Below are positions 19,205-28,056 of a stretch of DNA of 64,000 nucleotides, in pieces. A program made the translations under genes and the position numbers. The notes beneath the pieces are model-generated. The model was not told where the DNA came from. It did no database searches and saw only the letters and a program-made list of their open reading frames with translations. Numbering within the stretch: position 1 is the stretch's first letter; each line of letters begins with the position of its first letter. Source of the stretch: Nevskiaceae bacterium (lineage in GTDB: Bacteria; Pseudomonadota; Gammaproteobacteria; Nevskiales; Nevskiaceae); contig SCVA01000020.1 in NCBI GenBank assembly GCA_004297005.1, positions 12,789 through 76,788 on the forward strand. Reading direction: 5' to 3'.

Positions 19205-20902
19205 TTAGGCGGTGGGCAAGCCCTGCCAGATCACCGCCTGCCTGCGCCGCGCCCAGACCTCGAACTGCCCGGCGTAGCTGGACTCGATGCTGGGGCGCTT
19301 GACCTTCAGGGTCGGCGTGATCAGGCCGTTCTCCACGGTCCACTGCTCGGGCACGACCACCAGGAAATCGAGTTTCTCGTGCTCATCCAGCGTCGCATTC
19401 ACCTCATTCAGCAACTGCTGCAGCGAGGCGCTCAGCTCCGCCCGCCGGCCGGCGTCGGCGGCGCAGGCCGCGGCGACATCGGCATTGAGCATCAGCAGCG
19501 CGAAAGGCTGCGGAAAGCTGACACCCACCACGCAGCAGGCCTCCACCGCCGGATGCACGCTGAGCTTGTTCTCGATCGGCGCAGGCGCCACGTACTTGCC
19601 CTTGCTGGTCTTGAACTGTTCCTTGAGCCGACCAATGATGCGCAGCCGCCCCAGCTCGTCGATCTCGCCCAGATCGCCGGTACGCAGCCAGCCGTCCTCG
19701 GTCATGGTCTCGCGGGTTTTTCCCGGCTCTTTGTAGTAGCCGAGCATGGTGGTCGGCCCGCGGGTCTGCACCTCGCCCTCGGGTGATAGGCGATGCTCGG
19801 TACCTTCCCAGACCTCCCCAACATAGCCGATGCGGGTGCGACCGACGCGGCAGCCGTGCGAGCAGCCAAAGTTCTCGGTCATGCCATAGCCCTCCAGCAG
19901 CTCAAGGCCGAGATCGCGATACCACTGGATCAGCGAGGGCGGCATCGGCGAGGCACCGCCGCCGGCGTAGCGGCAGTGCTCCAGGCCCAGGCCCTTGAGG
20001 ATCTTCTTCTTCATCAAACCGCCCAGTAGCGGCAGCTTGAAGATCAGATCCAGCTTCTGCTTCGGCAGCTTGCTGAACACGCCCTGCTGGAACTTGGTCC
20101 ACAGCCGTGGCACGGAGATGAAGTGGGTGGGCCGCGCGCGGCGCAGATCGCTCAGGAAGCTGTCCAGCGACTCGGCAAAGTAGACGCGAAAGCCGGCGCG
20201 GATCGAAGCCGCCTCCACCAGCCAGCGCTCGGCGACATGCGCCAGCGGCAGGTAGGAGAGCATGCGGTCGTCGGCACCGATGCCGCTGGCGGCGGTCACT
20301 GGACCGGTGGACCAGCCTATGGATCCGAAGCTGTGCATCACACCCTTGGGCATGCCGGTGGTGCCGGAGGTATAGACGATGGTGGCCAGTTCGTCGGCAT
20401 CGCGGATAACCTCGCCTTCCAGCGGCTCGGTCTCGGCCACGATCTGCTCCCACTGTGGGTAGTCGTTCTTCGGCGACAGTGGCGTGGCAAAGCACAGCAC
20501 GCCTTCGGGGATGCCCGGACGCATGGCTTCCCAGCCATCGAGTTTGCCGACCATGCAGGCCTTGGCGCCGCTGTGCTCCAGAATCTGGCGCACGCTCTCG
20601 GCGGTCAGTGTCGGATACACCGGCACGCTGACGTAGCCGGCCATCCAGATCGCGAAGTCGGCCATGATCCAGTGCGCGCAGTTCTTGGAAAGAATCGCCA
20701 CCCGCGAGTCCGGCTCCCAGCCCTGAGCCTGCAACCAGGCCGCCACCCGCCGAGCCTCGCCTACCGCCTGTGCCCAGCTGTAGTCGCGCACCAGACCACC
20801 ACCCATGGGTTGGGTGAGATAGGGGTAATGGGCCCGCTCGCGCTCCCAGTAGAAGATGCGTGCCAGAGGCAGAAATTCGGGGGCACAGGGGTGCGCGGAC
20901 AT
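19205..20902 (-). CDS. AMP-dependent acyl-CoA synthetase (long-chain fatty acid--CoA ligase-like)
   Basis: 565 aa. AMP-binding signature YTSGTTGMPKGVMHSF, and TGDLGEIDELGRLRIIGRLKEQFKTSKGKYVAP. Confidence 0.85.
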   Translation of the reverse strand: MSAHPCAPEFLPLARIFYWERERAHYPYLTQPMGGGLVRDYSWAQAVGEARRVAAWLQAQGWEPDSRVAILSKNCAHWIMADFAIWMAGYVSVPVYPTLTAESVRQILEHSGAKACMVGKLDGWEAMRPGIPEGVLCFATPLSPKNDYPQWEQIVAETEPLEGEVIRDADELATIVYTSGTTGMPKGVMHSFGSIGWSTGPVTAASGIGADDRMLSYLPLAHVAERWLVEAASIRAGFRVYFAESLDSFLSDLRRARPTHFISVPRLWTKFQQGVFSKLPKQKLDLIFKLPLLGGLMKKKILKGLGLEHCRYAGGGASPMPPSLIQWYRDLGLELLEGYGMTENFGCSHGCRVGRTRIGYVGEVWEGTEHRLSPEGEVQTRGPTTMLGYYKEPGKTRETMTEDGWLRTGDLGEIDELGRLRIIGRLKEQFKTSKGKYVAPAPIENKLSVHPAVEACCVVGVSFPQPFALLMLNADVAAACAADAGRRAELSASLQQLLNEVNATLDEHEKLDFLVVVPEQWTVENGLITPTLKVKRPSIESSYAGQFEVWARRRQAVIWQGLPTA

Positions 20903-21001
20903 GGACTCTCCTCTACACGCTTGGGCGGTTCTCGTTGTGTTTCGATGCTAGCGCATCGCCAACATCTCCCGTAACCTGCCGAAACAACAATTCTGGAGGA
21001 G

Positions 21002-22159
21002 ATGGAAATGTCTGTATCCGGCACAAGTCCTTTCTATAACCAAGAACATGAGGACTTTAGAAGCCAGGTTAGACGCTTTGTGGAAAGAGAGATTGTTCCA
21101 CACATCGAACACTGGGAAGGCGCCGAGCAACTGCCCCGCGAACTGCACCGCAAGGCGGCAGACGCGGGGCTGCTACAGATCGGCTTTCCCGAGCAGGCCG
21201 GCGGCGTCGAAGTGCCCGACCTGTTCTACATGATCGTGCTGACCGAGGAGCTGGCACGCGCCGGCAGTGGCGGCCTGATCGCCTCGCTGATGAGCCACGG
21301 CATCGCCACCCCGCCGATCTGCCATGCCGGTAGCGCGGAGCAGATCGCGCGCTTCGCGGCGCCGGTACTGGCGGGCGAGAAAATCGGCGCTCTGGCCATC
21401 ACCGAGCCCTCCGGCGGCTCCGATGTCGCCGCGCTCAAGACCCGCGCGGTACGCGACGGCGAGCACTACGTGGTGAACGGCTCCAAGACCTTCATCACCT
21501 CCGGCATGCGTGCCGACTACATCACCTGTGCGGTACGCACCGGCGGCGAGGGCATGGGCGGCATTTCCCTCCTGGTGATCGAGGCCAATACCGCCGGCTT
21601 CAGCCGCTCCCCGCTACAGAAGATGGGCTGGTGGGCTTCGGACACCGCCAGCCTGTACTTCCAGGATTGCCGGGTGTCGGTCGCCAACCGCATCGGGCCT
21701 GAGAACATGGGCTTCATGGCGATCATGATGAACTTCAACCAGGAGCGGATCATGCTCGCCACCCAGGCCTGGGCCTTCGCCAAGGTCTGCTACGAGGACA
21801 GCCTGGCCTATGCCCGCGAACGGCAGACCTTCGGCAAGCCGCTGATCCGCAACCAGGTGATCCGCCACAAGCTGGCCGACATGAAGATGCGCCTGGACGC
21901 GGTGAAGGCGCATCTCGATATCCTCGCCTGGCGCGTCAGCCACAAGCAGATGCCGGTCGCCGAGGTCTGCCTGCTGAAGAACCATGCCTGCACCGCGCTG
22001 GAATGGATCGCCAACGAGGCCATGCAGATCTTTGGCGGCGCCGGCTACCTGCGCGGCTCCAGGGTGGAGCGCATCTACCGCGAGACCAAGGTGCTGACCA
22101 TCGGCGGCGGCTCGCTAGAAATCATGAAGGATCTGGCTGGCAAGCAGATGGGGTATTGA
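21002..22159 (+). CDS. acyl-CoA dehydrogenase
   Basis: 385 aa. ACAD fold motifs (ALAITEPSGGSDVA, NGSKTFITSG, QIFGGAGY..ERIYRETKVLTIGGGSLEI). Confidence 0.88.
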   Translation: MEMSVSGTSPFYNQEHEDFRSQVRRFVEREIVPHIEHWEGAEQLPRELHRKAADAGLLQIGFPEQAGGVEVPDLFYMIVLTEELARAGSGGLIASLMSHGIATPPICHAGSAEQIARFAAPVLAGEKIGALAITEPSGGSDVAALKTRAVRDGEHYVVNGSKTFITSGMRADYITCAVRTGGEGMGGISLLVIEANTAGFSRSPLQKMGWWASDTASLYFQDCRVSVANRIGPENMGFMAIMMNFNQERIMLATQAWAFAKVCYEDSLAYARERQTFGKPLIRNQVIRHKLADMKMRLDAVKAHLDILAWRVSHKQMPVAEVCLLKNHACTALEWIANEAMQIFGGAGYLRGSRVERIYRETKVLTIGGGSLEIMKDLAGKQMGY

Positions 22160-22198
22160 TGCCAACAGGCTCACGCCCGGCGCAGCTCGAAGCGACGC

Positions 22199-22231
22199 AA
22201 AAAAAAGAAGGGCGCCTTAACGGCGCCCTTC
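22199..22231 (-). terminator. rho-independent terminator for the Ig-like lipoprotein gene (hairpin also faces the acyl-CoA dehydrogenase gene)
   Basis: GAAGGGCGCC / 5-nt loop / GGCGCCCTTC stem, directly followed on the minus strand by a T8 run (A-run at 22199-22206 on the plus strand). Confidence 0.65.
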
Positions 22232-22258
22232 TAACTGGCTGACAGCTACCAGTATCAG

Positions 22259-24256
22259 CTACTCCACATTCACCTTGGCACAGGCCGAGTAGACATTGAA
22301 CTCCGTGCTGTTGCCGCCCAACAGCAACTGGAACAGTCCAGTCAGAATTGTGGTGGGATCAGTGAAGTCGAAATACCCAGGCACATCAACTTCGAGATCA
22401 AGGCGGTCAAACTTCGTCGGAGCAGTCGGCACATTCACGTAGATCAACTGGCGCCGACGATCAGTTCCGGTGGCGCCGCCCAAGGACTTCACGGCAACCG
22501 CGCTGCTAGGCGCGATCCTGCTCCCGTTCTGGTAGCTAGCAATCACCATGTCAGCAGCGGGATCAATCTGGCTGTTGTTGGCGTGCTCGATGATGAAACC
22601 CGCCTGACCGTTGGCGTCGAACTCAACTACATCACCCGCAGTGATGGTCAGCGTAACCGTCGAGGACACCGGACCGGCGGCCAGCGTAACGGTAGCGAAG
22701 TTATTTGCCTCGCTATCAATCACATTGGAGGGACTGGCAACATCAGAGTCGCCGCTGGCGGTCGCGCCATTGGCCGCCAAGAAGGGCAGCACGCAGACAC
22801 GGTCAGTGACATTCACCTGGATGGAGTCGCTACGGGTGGTGGCATTCGGGTAAACACCAGCCTTGATCGCGCCCGTCAAAGCAGCGGAGCCAACCACAGT
22901 GCCCGCCGAAACGACACCCTGAGTGCTGACCGTCGCGACCGTAGTTCCCGTCGGGAAAGTCCAGTCAATGAAGCTGTCATTGATGACCTGCGGGCTGTCG
23001 CTATTCGAGAACCGCCCCAGCAGACGCACCTCGCGGGTCGAATCGGGCGAAGTACTGGAGAGCGACGCCGCCAGATCGAAGGCGTCGGTACCAGTCGGGC
23101 AGTTCACAGCCGTACCGTCGGTGAGCGACACCGGGCAAGCACGCAGCACTTCCAGCAGATCAGCCTGGGTCACCACGAACAGAGCGGTATCGATAATGGG
23201 ATCGCCATTCTGGTTCGTGATCGCATTGCCGCTCTTGGTCTTCGCGCAGGCAAAAATCGTGACCGTAGCGGAAGAATTCAGCGCCGAAGAACCAGTGCTG
23301 TCGGCAGACGCCACCGTGGAGGTAGCCGGTCCGGTATTCACCGAAGCATTCGTCGAGGTGGACTGCGAGCAATCAGTGTGGGAAGTCGACCAGAACACAT
23401 CCACCGAAGACACCGGAATCTCTCCGAACTCAGTGGAGTTGCTGAAACGACCGGACGCCGAGAAGTTCTTAGTGGTACCCACCGCCGCCGACTGGTTGTC
23501 GGGAGAGATGCGGATCTCCTCCAGCACCGGCTGCGTCACCGAGAACGACTGGCTGGCAATGATCGCCTCGCCTTCGGCATTGGTCACCGTGGCGCGCACG
23601 GTGGTCGAACCCTGCTGGGTGCTCTGAACAATCGTATCGCTACCCTGCGCCGGGCTCGGGGTACCAAGGGTCGGATTCGCCAGCGACCAGGCAACGCTGA
23701 CCGGCGCGGTGCGCGTGGTCGTGGTGCAGGCGGTATCGCTTGTGCAATTGCTATAGGTCGTGTACGTCCCCGTGGCCGAGTACGCGATCGAACGACCCAG
23801 CGCGGTAGAAGTGCTGCCGCCGTTTTCGGTGGAAGCTACCACCACGGCCGTCAGGACCTCACCACCCACCGCCAGCGTGGCGCTGTCGGTGAAGGTGCGG
23901 AACTGTGCCGCCACTGTTGCCGTACCATGACGCAGGCCTCGGACCAAGCCCGAAGCAGAATCGACGCTGGCGTTCTGGCTAGCATTCCCGCCGTCAACGG
24001 TCCAAGTCACGCTGGAGGGCGCCGGGCCCAACGAGCAGAATCCGGTACCGCAGGCGTAAGCGGAAGTCGAGCCCGGAGGCAACGAGTACAGACCCTGGAC
24101 AACCATCTGGGTGGTGCCGCCGACATCCACCTGCACCGGGTCAGGGGTAATCAGGATGCCAGCCACCTGATCATCAAAATTCGGGCTTTCGACCCCACCG
24201 CCACAAGCCGAGAGAACGGCCGCACTCATTACCGCTAACCACGCAAAGCGCATCAT
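22259..24256 (-). CDS. surface lipoprotein with multiple bacterial Ig-like (Big_2-type) domains and an unassigned ~200-aa C-terminal domain
   Basis: Lipobox MMRFAWLAVMSAAVLSAC-GG. Repeated ~90-aa Ser/Thr-rich modules end in patterns like SGLVRGLRHGTATVAAQF..SATLAV. Start at 24256/24253 is preceded by GGGGAA. G+C is lower than in neighbouring genes. Confidence 0.6.
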   Translation of the reverse strand: MMRFAWLAVMSAAVLSACGGGVESPNFDDQVAGILITPDPVQVDVGGTTQMVVQGLYSLPPGSTSAYACGTGFCSLGPAPSSVTWTVDGGNASQNASVDSASGLVRGLRHGTATVAAQFRTFTDSATLAVGGEVLTAVVVASTENGGSTSTALGRSIAYSATGTYTTYSNCTSDTACTTTTRTAPVSVAWSLANPTLGTPSPAQGSDTIVQSTQQGSTTVRATVTNAEGEAIIASQSFSVTQPVLEEIRISPDNQSAAVGTTKNFSASGRFSNSTEFGEIPVSSVDVFWSTSHTDCSQSTSTNASVNTGPATSTVASADSTGSSALNSSATVTIFACAKTKSGNAITNQNGDPIIDTALFVVTQADLLEVLRACPVSLTDGTAVNCPTGTDAFDLAASLSSTSPDSTREVRLLGRFSNSDSPQVINDSFIDWTFPTGTTVATVSTQGVVSAGTVVGSAALTGAIKAGVYPNATTRSDSIQVNVTDRVCVLPFLAANGATASGDSDVASPSNVIDSEANNFATVTLAAGPVSSTVTLTITAGDVVEFDANGQAGFIIEHANNSQIDPAADMVIASYQNGSRIAPSSAVAVKSLGGATGTDRRRQLIYVNVPTAPTKFDRLDLEVDVPGYFDFTDPTTILTGLFQLLLGGNSTEFNVYSACAKVNVE

Positions 24257-24484
24257 CTGAAATTCCCCTGTCCCGAGATTGGTGGAGGCTGACACAAAAT
24301 TCTTTCCGTTTCCATGCTGTTGGACGGTTTACGACGCCGCCCTCAGCGAATCATAATCGGAAGAGCGGTTGAAAAGTCGTGGCTGAGCGGTAGTACATGC
24401 AACTCTTGCACCACAAGTCAGGGCATGTGGGGCCACGGCGACCAAGAACTCTTAACGCAACGGCAGCATCCACGGATGACACTC

Positions 24485-25978
24485 ATGAAGCGGATTAAAT
24501 GGTTGTATACGGTGCTCGCCACCGTCGGACTGGCGGCCGCCGCTCAGGCCGCGGAACCCGACTACCGGTGGTATGTTTCCCCTTCGGTTGGGGCAATTTT
24601 CTCTGGCACCGGTGGCGGCGCCCACTTCAGTCTGGCCGCGGGCCGCGACGTGCTGCCCAACTTCGGCATTGAACTGGAACTGGCGACCGGCAGCCAGAGC
24701 GTCGACGATCTGCCCTCCGGCAACGACTACGAGCGCAGCATCTTTGGCGTCAATGCCCTGGCGTACCTGACGCCGCAGGGCGAGAAGATCCGTCCCTACC
24801 TGCTGGCCAACGGCAATTTCCACGCGATCGACTTTCTGGGCGAGAGCCTTTCGGGTGCCGGCATCGGCCTCGGTGGCGGCGCCTTCATCAGCATCACCAA
24901 GAGCCTGGATCTGCGTCTGGACGGCCGCTACAACCTCGACTTCGTGTCGGCTTCCGGTCCGGTGGCCGAGAAGACCTTCAATGTCGGCACCGGCACCGTG
25001 GGCGTGCGCTACAAGTTTGGCGCCGACCCGGATGACTCCGACGGCGACGGCGTGCCGAACGGCAAGGACAAGTGCCCCGACACCCCGCGCGGCGTGAAGG
25101 TGTACTCCGACGGCTGCCCCACCGACCTCGATGGCGACGGCGTGCCGGACTACCTCGACAAGTGCCCCGGCACCCCCAAGGGCACCGCCGTCAACAAGGA
25201 TGGCTGCCCGGCCGACGCCGACGGCGACGGCGTGCTCGACTATCTCGACAAGTGCCCCGGCACTCCCAAGGGCGTGCCCACCGGCAAGGATGGCTGCCCG
25301 CTCGACAGCGATGGCGACGGCGTGCCGGACTATCTCGACCAGTGCCCGAACACTCCCAAGGGTGAGCGCGTCGATGCCCGTGGCTGCACCTTTGTCGACA
25401 AGGACGGTGACGGCGTGCCGGACTACCTCGACAAGTGCCCGGATTCGCCCAAGGACATTCCGGTCGGCAAGGACGGCTGCCCGCTCGACAGCGACGGCGA
25501 CGGCATCCCCGACTACCTCGACGAATGCCCCAACACTCCGCCTGGCCTGAAGGTGCTGCCCAACGGCTGCGCGCTGAAGGGTGACTGCCGTCGTCCGCGT
25601 CCGGGCGAGGCGGTGGACAAGAAGGGCTGCGCGCTGGATCAGCGCTTCATCCTGCGCGGCGTGAAGTTCGAGTTCGACTCCGACCGCCTGACCGAACCCT
25701 CCAAGGAGATCCTGGCCGAGGTGGCGGTGACGCTGCTCAGCTACCCGGACGTCAAGGTGGACGTGGAAGGTCACACCGACGATGTCGGCACCGACGCCTA
25801 CAACCTGGGCCTGTCGGAGCGCCGCTCCAACGTGGTGAAGAAGTTCCTGGTCGACAACGGCGTCAACCCGGTCAACCTCAAGCCGGTGGGTTATGGCGAG
25901 AGCGTGCCGATCGACACCAACCTCACCGAAACCGGCCGCGACAACAACCGTCGCGTCGAATTCAAGGTGACCAACTGA
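24485..25978 (+). CDS. OmpA-family outer-membrane protein: N-terminal small beta-barrel, six thrombospondin type 3 (Ca-binding) repeats, C-terminal OmpA/peptidoglycan-binding domain
   Basis: Signal peptide MKRIKWLYTVLATVGLAAAAQA. Six repeats of D-G-D-G-V-P-D-Y-L-D-K-C-P. C-terminal FEFDSDRLT...GHTDDVGTDAYNLGLSERRSNVVKKFL...NRRVEF. An alternative ATG lies at 24476. Confidence 0.88.
   Translation: MKRIKWLYTVLATVGLAAAAQAAEPDYRWYVSPSVGAIFSGTGGGAHFSLAAGRDVLPNFGIELELATGSQSVDDLPSGNDYERSIFGVNALAYLTPQGEKIRPYLLANGNFHAIDFLGESLSGAGIGLGGGAFISITKSLDLRLDGRYNLDFVSASGPVAEKTFNVGTGTVGVRYKFGADPDDSDGDGVPNGKDKCPDTPRGVKVYSDGCPTDLDGDGVPDYLDKCPGTPKGTAVNKDGCPADADGDGVLDYLDKCPGTPKGVPTGKDGCPLDSDGDGVPDYLDQCPNTPKGERVDARGCTFVDKDGDGVPDYLDKCPDSPKDIPVGKDGCPLDSDGDGIPDYLDECPNTPPGLKVLPNGCALKGDCRRPRPGEAVDKKGCALDQRFILRGVKFEFDSDRLTEPSKEILAEVAVTLLSYPDVKVDVEGHTDDVGTDAYNLGLSERRSNVVKKFLVDNGVNPVNLKPVGYGESVPIDTNLTETGRDNNRRVEFKVTN
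25040..25570 (+). repeat. six in-frame tandem ~90-bp repeats (one of 93 bp) encoding the TSP3 repeats
   Basis: Repeat units start at 25040, 25130, 25220, 25310, 25403 and 25493. Each begins GA(C/T)GGCGACGG(C/T) and contains GACTACCTCGACAAGTGCCC-like cores. Confidence 0.85.
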
Positions 25979-26009
25979 GGCAAGCCAGCCTAACGGCTGG
26001 TAGCCCCAA

Positions 26010-26042
26010 CCCGGCGGATGGCAACATCCGTCGGGTTTTTTA
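26010..26042 (+). terminator. rho-independent terminator of the ompA-TSP3 gene
   Basis: CCCGGCGGATG / GCAA / CATCCGTCGGG stem-loop followed by TTTTTTA. Confidence 0.7.
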
Positions 26043-26071
26043 TTGCCCGCAATCGACCCTATCCAAAGCTC

Positions 26072-26479
26072 ATGACCGCCGTCGCCCGCCAACTGATCGA
26101 GAACTATTACGCCGCCTTCAATGCCGGCGACATGCCCGCCTTCCTGGCCATGCTGACCGACGACGTCGCCCACGACATCAATCAGGGTGGCCGGGAAACC
26201 GGTCGCGCGGCCTTCGTCACCTTCATGGAGCGGATGAACCGCAGCTACCGCGAGCAGATCGTCGACCTCTGCGTGTTCGCCAGCGAGGACGGCCGCCGCG
26301 CTGCCGCCGAGTTCACCGTGCTGGGCGAATACCTGAAGACCGACGAGGGCCTGCCCGAGGCGCGCGGCCAGACCTACCGTCTGCCGGCCGGTGCCTTCTT
26401 CGACATCCGCGACGGCAAGGTCGCGCGCATCAGCAACTACTACAACCTGCAGGATTGGCTGCACCAGGTCGGCGCCTGA
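26072..26479 (+). CDS. SnoaL/ketosteroid-isomerase-like (NTF2 superfamily) protein
   Basis: 135 aa. N-terminal IENYYAAFNAGDMPAFLAMLTDDVAH is typical of SnoaL-like domains. Start moved from 26018 (which lies inside the terminator) to ATG 26072. Confidence 0.7.
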   Translation: MTAVARQLIENYYAAFNAGDMPAFLAMLTDDVAHDINQGGRETGRAAFVTFMERMNRSYREQIVDLCVFASEDGRRAAAEFTVLGEYLKTDEGLPEARGQTYRLPAGAFFDIRDGKVARISNYYNLQDWLHQVGA

Positions 26480-26490
26480 GGTCGCCCAGC

Positions 26491-27081
26491 GTGTCCGACT
26501 TGCGCTACGAATTGGTGCAGGGCGAGGCCATCGCCGCGCGAATGGCGCCCTTGGCCGCACTGCGACTAAAGGTGTTTCGGGACTGGCCCTATCTGTACGA
26601 GGGCACGCTGGCCTATGAGCGCCGCTATCTGGAGACCTACAGCCGCTGCCCGGACAGCTTGGCGGTGCTGGTCTGGGACGGCTCGACCTGCATCGGTGCC
26701 ACCACCACCCTGCCCCTCCGTGATGCCGCTCCGGAGATGCTGGAGCCCTTCCTGCGCGCCGGCGTTGCCACCGGAGACATCCTCTACTTCGGCGAATCGG
26801 TCGTGCTGAGCCTCTATCGCGGCCGCGGCATCGGCCTGCGCTTCTTCGCCGAGCGCGAAGCGCATGCGCGTCGCCTGGGTCTGGGTCGTTGCGCCTTCTG
26901 CGCGGTGGACCGCCCAGAACAGCACCCCATGAAACCCGCCGGCTACGTTCCCAACGACGCGTTCTGGCGACGACGCGGCTACCAGCGCCAGCCGGAACTG
27001 GTCTGCCACTTCGACTGGCAGGATCTCGGCGAGGCCGCCCCCAGCCCTCACCCACTCACCTACTGGCTGAAGACCTTATGA
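26491..27081 (+). CDS. GNAT-family N-acetyltransferase
   Basis: Acetyl-CoA loop YRGRGIGLRFF. GTG start at 26491, 12 nt after the SnoaL stop. ATGA overlap with the next gene. Confidence 0.65.
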   Translation: MSDLRYELVQGEAIAARMAPLAALRLKVFRDWPYLYEGTLAYERRYLETYSRCPDSLAVLVWDGSTCIGATTTLPLRDAAPEMLEPFLRAGVATGDILYFGESVVLSLYRGRGIGLRFFAEREAHARRLGLGRCAFCAVDRPEQHPMKPAGYVPNDAFWRRRGYQRQPELVCHFDWQDLGEAAPSPHPLTYWLKTL

Positions 27082-27977
27082 GCGCCAGCGTCCGCATCGC
27101 CGCCGCGCAATACCCGGTCAGCGAACCCGCGCACTGGCAAGCCGTGGACACGCAGTTGGAGAGCTGGGTGGCCGAAGCCGCTCGGGCTGGCGCGCAGTTG
27201 CTGGTGTTCCCCGAGTACGCCGCGATGTCCCTGGCGGCGCTGTTTCCGCCTGCGGTGCGCGGCGACCTGCAAGCGCAGTTGCAGGCCTTGCAGGAGCTGC
27301 ACGCCGACTACCGGAGTCTGCATCGCCGCCTGGCTCAGCAGTACCACCTCTACATCCTGGCTGGCAGCTTTCCGCTGCGGGTCGGCGAGGTCTACCGCAA
27401 CCGCGCCGAGCTGTTCGCGCCGAGCGGCACCAGCGGCTGGCAGGACAAATGGACCATGACCCGCTTCGAGACCGAGCAATGGGGCATCAGCGCCGGCCGC
27501 CAGCTCAAGGTCTTCGACACCGCCCTGGGTCGTATCGGCATCAACATCTGTTACGACGTGGAGTTCCCGCTGCTCGCCCGGGCGCAGGTGGAGGCCGGCG
27601 CCGAGCTGATCCTGGCACCCAGTTGCACCGACACCACCGCAGGCTACTGGCGGGTGCGACTGGGGGCCCAGGCCCGTGCGCTGGAAAATCAGTGCGTGGT
27701 CGTCCAAGCTCCGCTGGTCGGCGATGCGCCCTGGAGCCCGGCCATCGATATCAACGTCGGTGCCGCCGGCATCTACGCGCCGCCGGACCGTGGCCTGCCG
27801 GATGACGGCCTGATCGCATGCGGCGAATGGAATCGGCCGCAGTGGCTGCATGCCGAGATCGACCCGCAGCGCTTGCTTGCCGTGCGCGAGAATGGTCAGG
27901 TCTTCAACCACCGCGACTGGTCGCTGCAGCCCGGCCTGACGACGATGCCGGTCGTGGAAGTCGAGCCGCTCAGGTGA
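27078..27977 (+). CDS. carbon-nitrogen hydrolase (nitrilase superfamily) protein
   Basis: Catalytic triad context LLVFPEYA (Glu) and GINICYDVEFP (Cys). 299 aa. Start at ATG 27078 (MSASVRIAAAQYP). Confidence 0.8.
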   Translation: MSASVRIAAAQYPVSEPAHWQAVDTQLESWVAEAARAGAQLLVFPEYAAMSLAALFPPAVRGDLQAQLQALQELHADYRSLHRRLAQQYHLYILAGSFPLRVGEVYRNRAELFAPSGTSGWQDKWTMTRFETEQWGISAGRQLKVFDTALGRIGINICYDVEFPLLARAQVEAGAELILAPSCTDTTAGYWRVRLGAQARALENQCVVVQAPLVGDAPWSPAIDINVGAAGIYAPPDRGLPDDGLIACGEWNRPQWLHAEIDPQRLLAVRENGQVFNHRDWSLQPGLTTMPVVEVEPLR

Positions 27978-28056
27978 TGGCCGCGCCGATGTCGCCACCC
28001 GAATCCACCGCCTGCGGCAACCACGCCAGGCCCGCACATTTTCCGGAAACTCCCGC

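Noticed and set aside
25040-25570. Regular ~90-bp DNA periodicity that could superficially resemble a CRISPR or VNTR array.
   Set aside because: The repeats are in-frame inside a well-supported OmpA-family CDS and encode thrombospondin type 3 calcium-binding units. There are no unique spacers and no cas genes.
26018-26071. ORF-track start of the SnoaL-like gene at 26018.
   Set aside because: This ATG lies within the stem-loop and T-tract of the ompA-TSP3 terminator. The ATG at 26072 gives the canonical SnoaL N-terminus.
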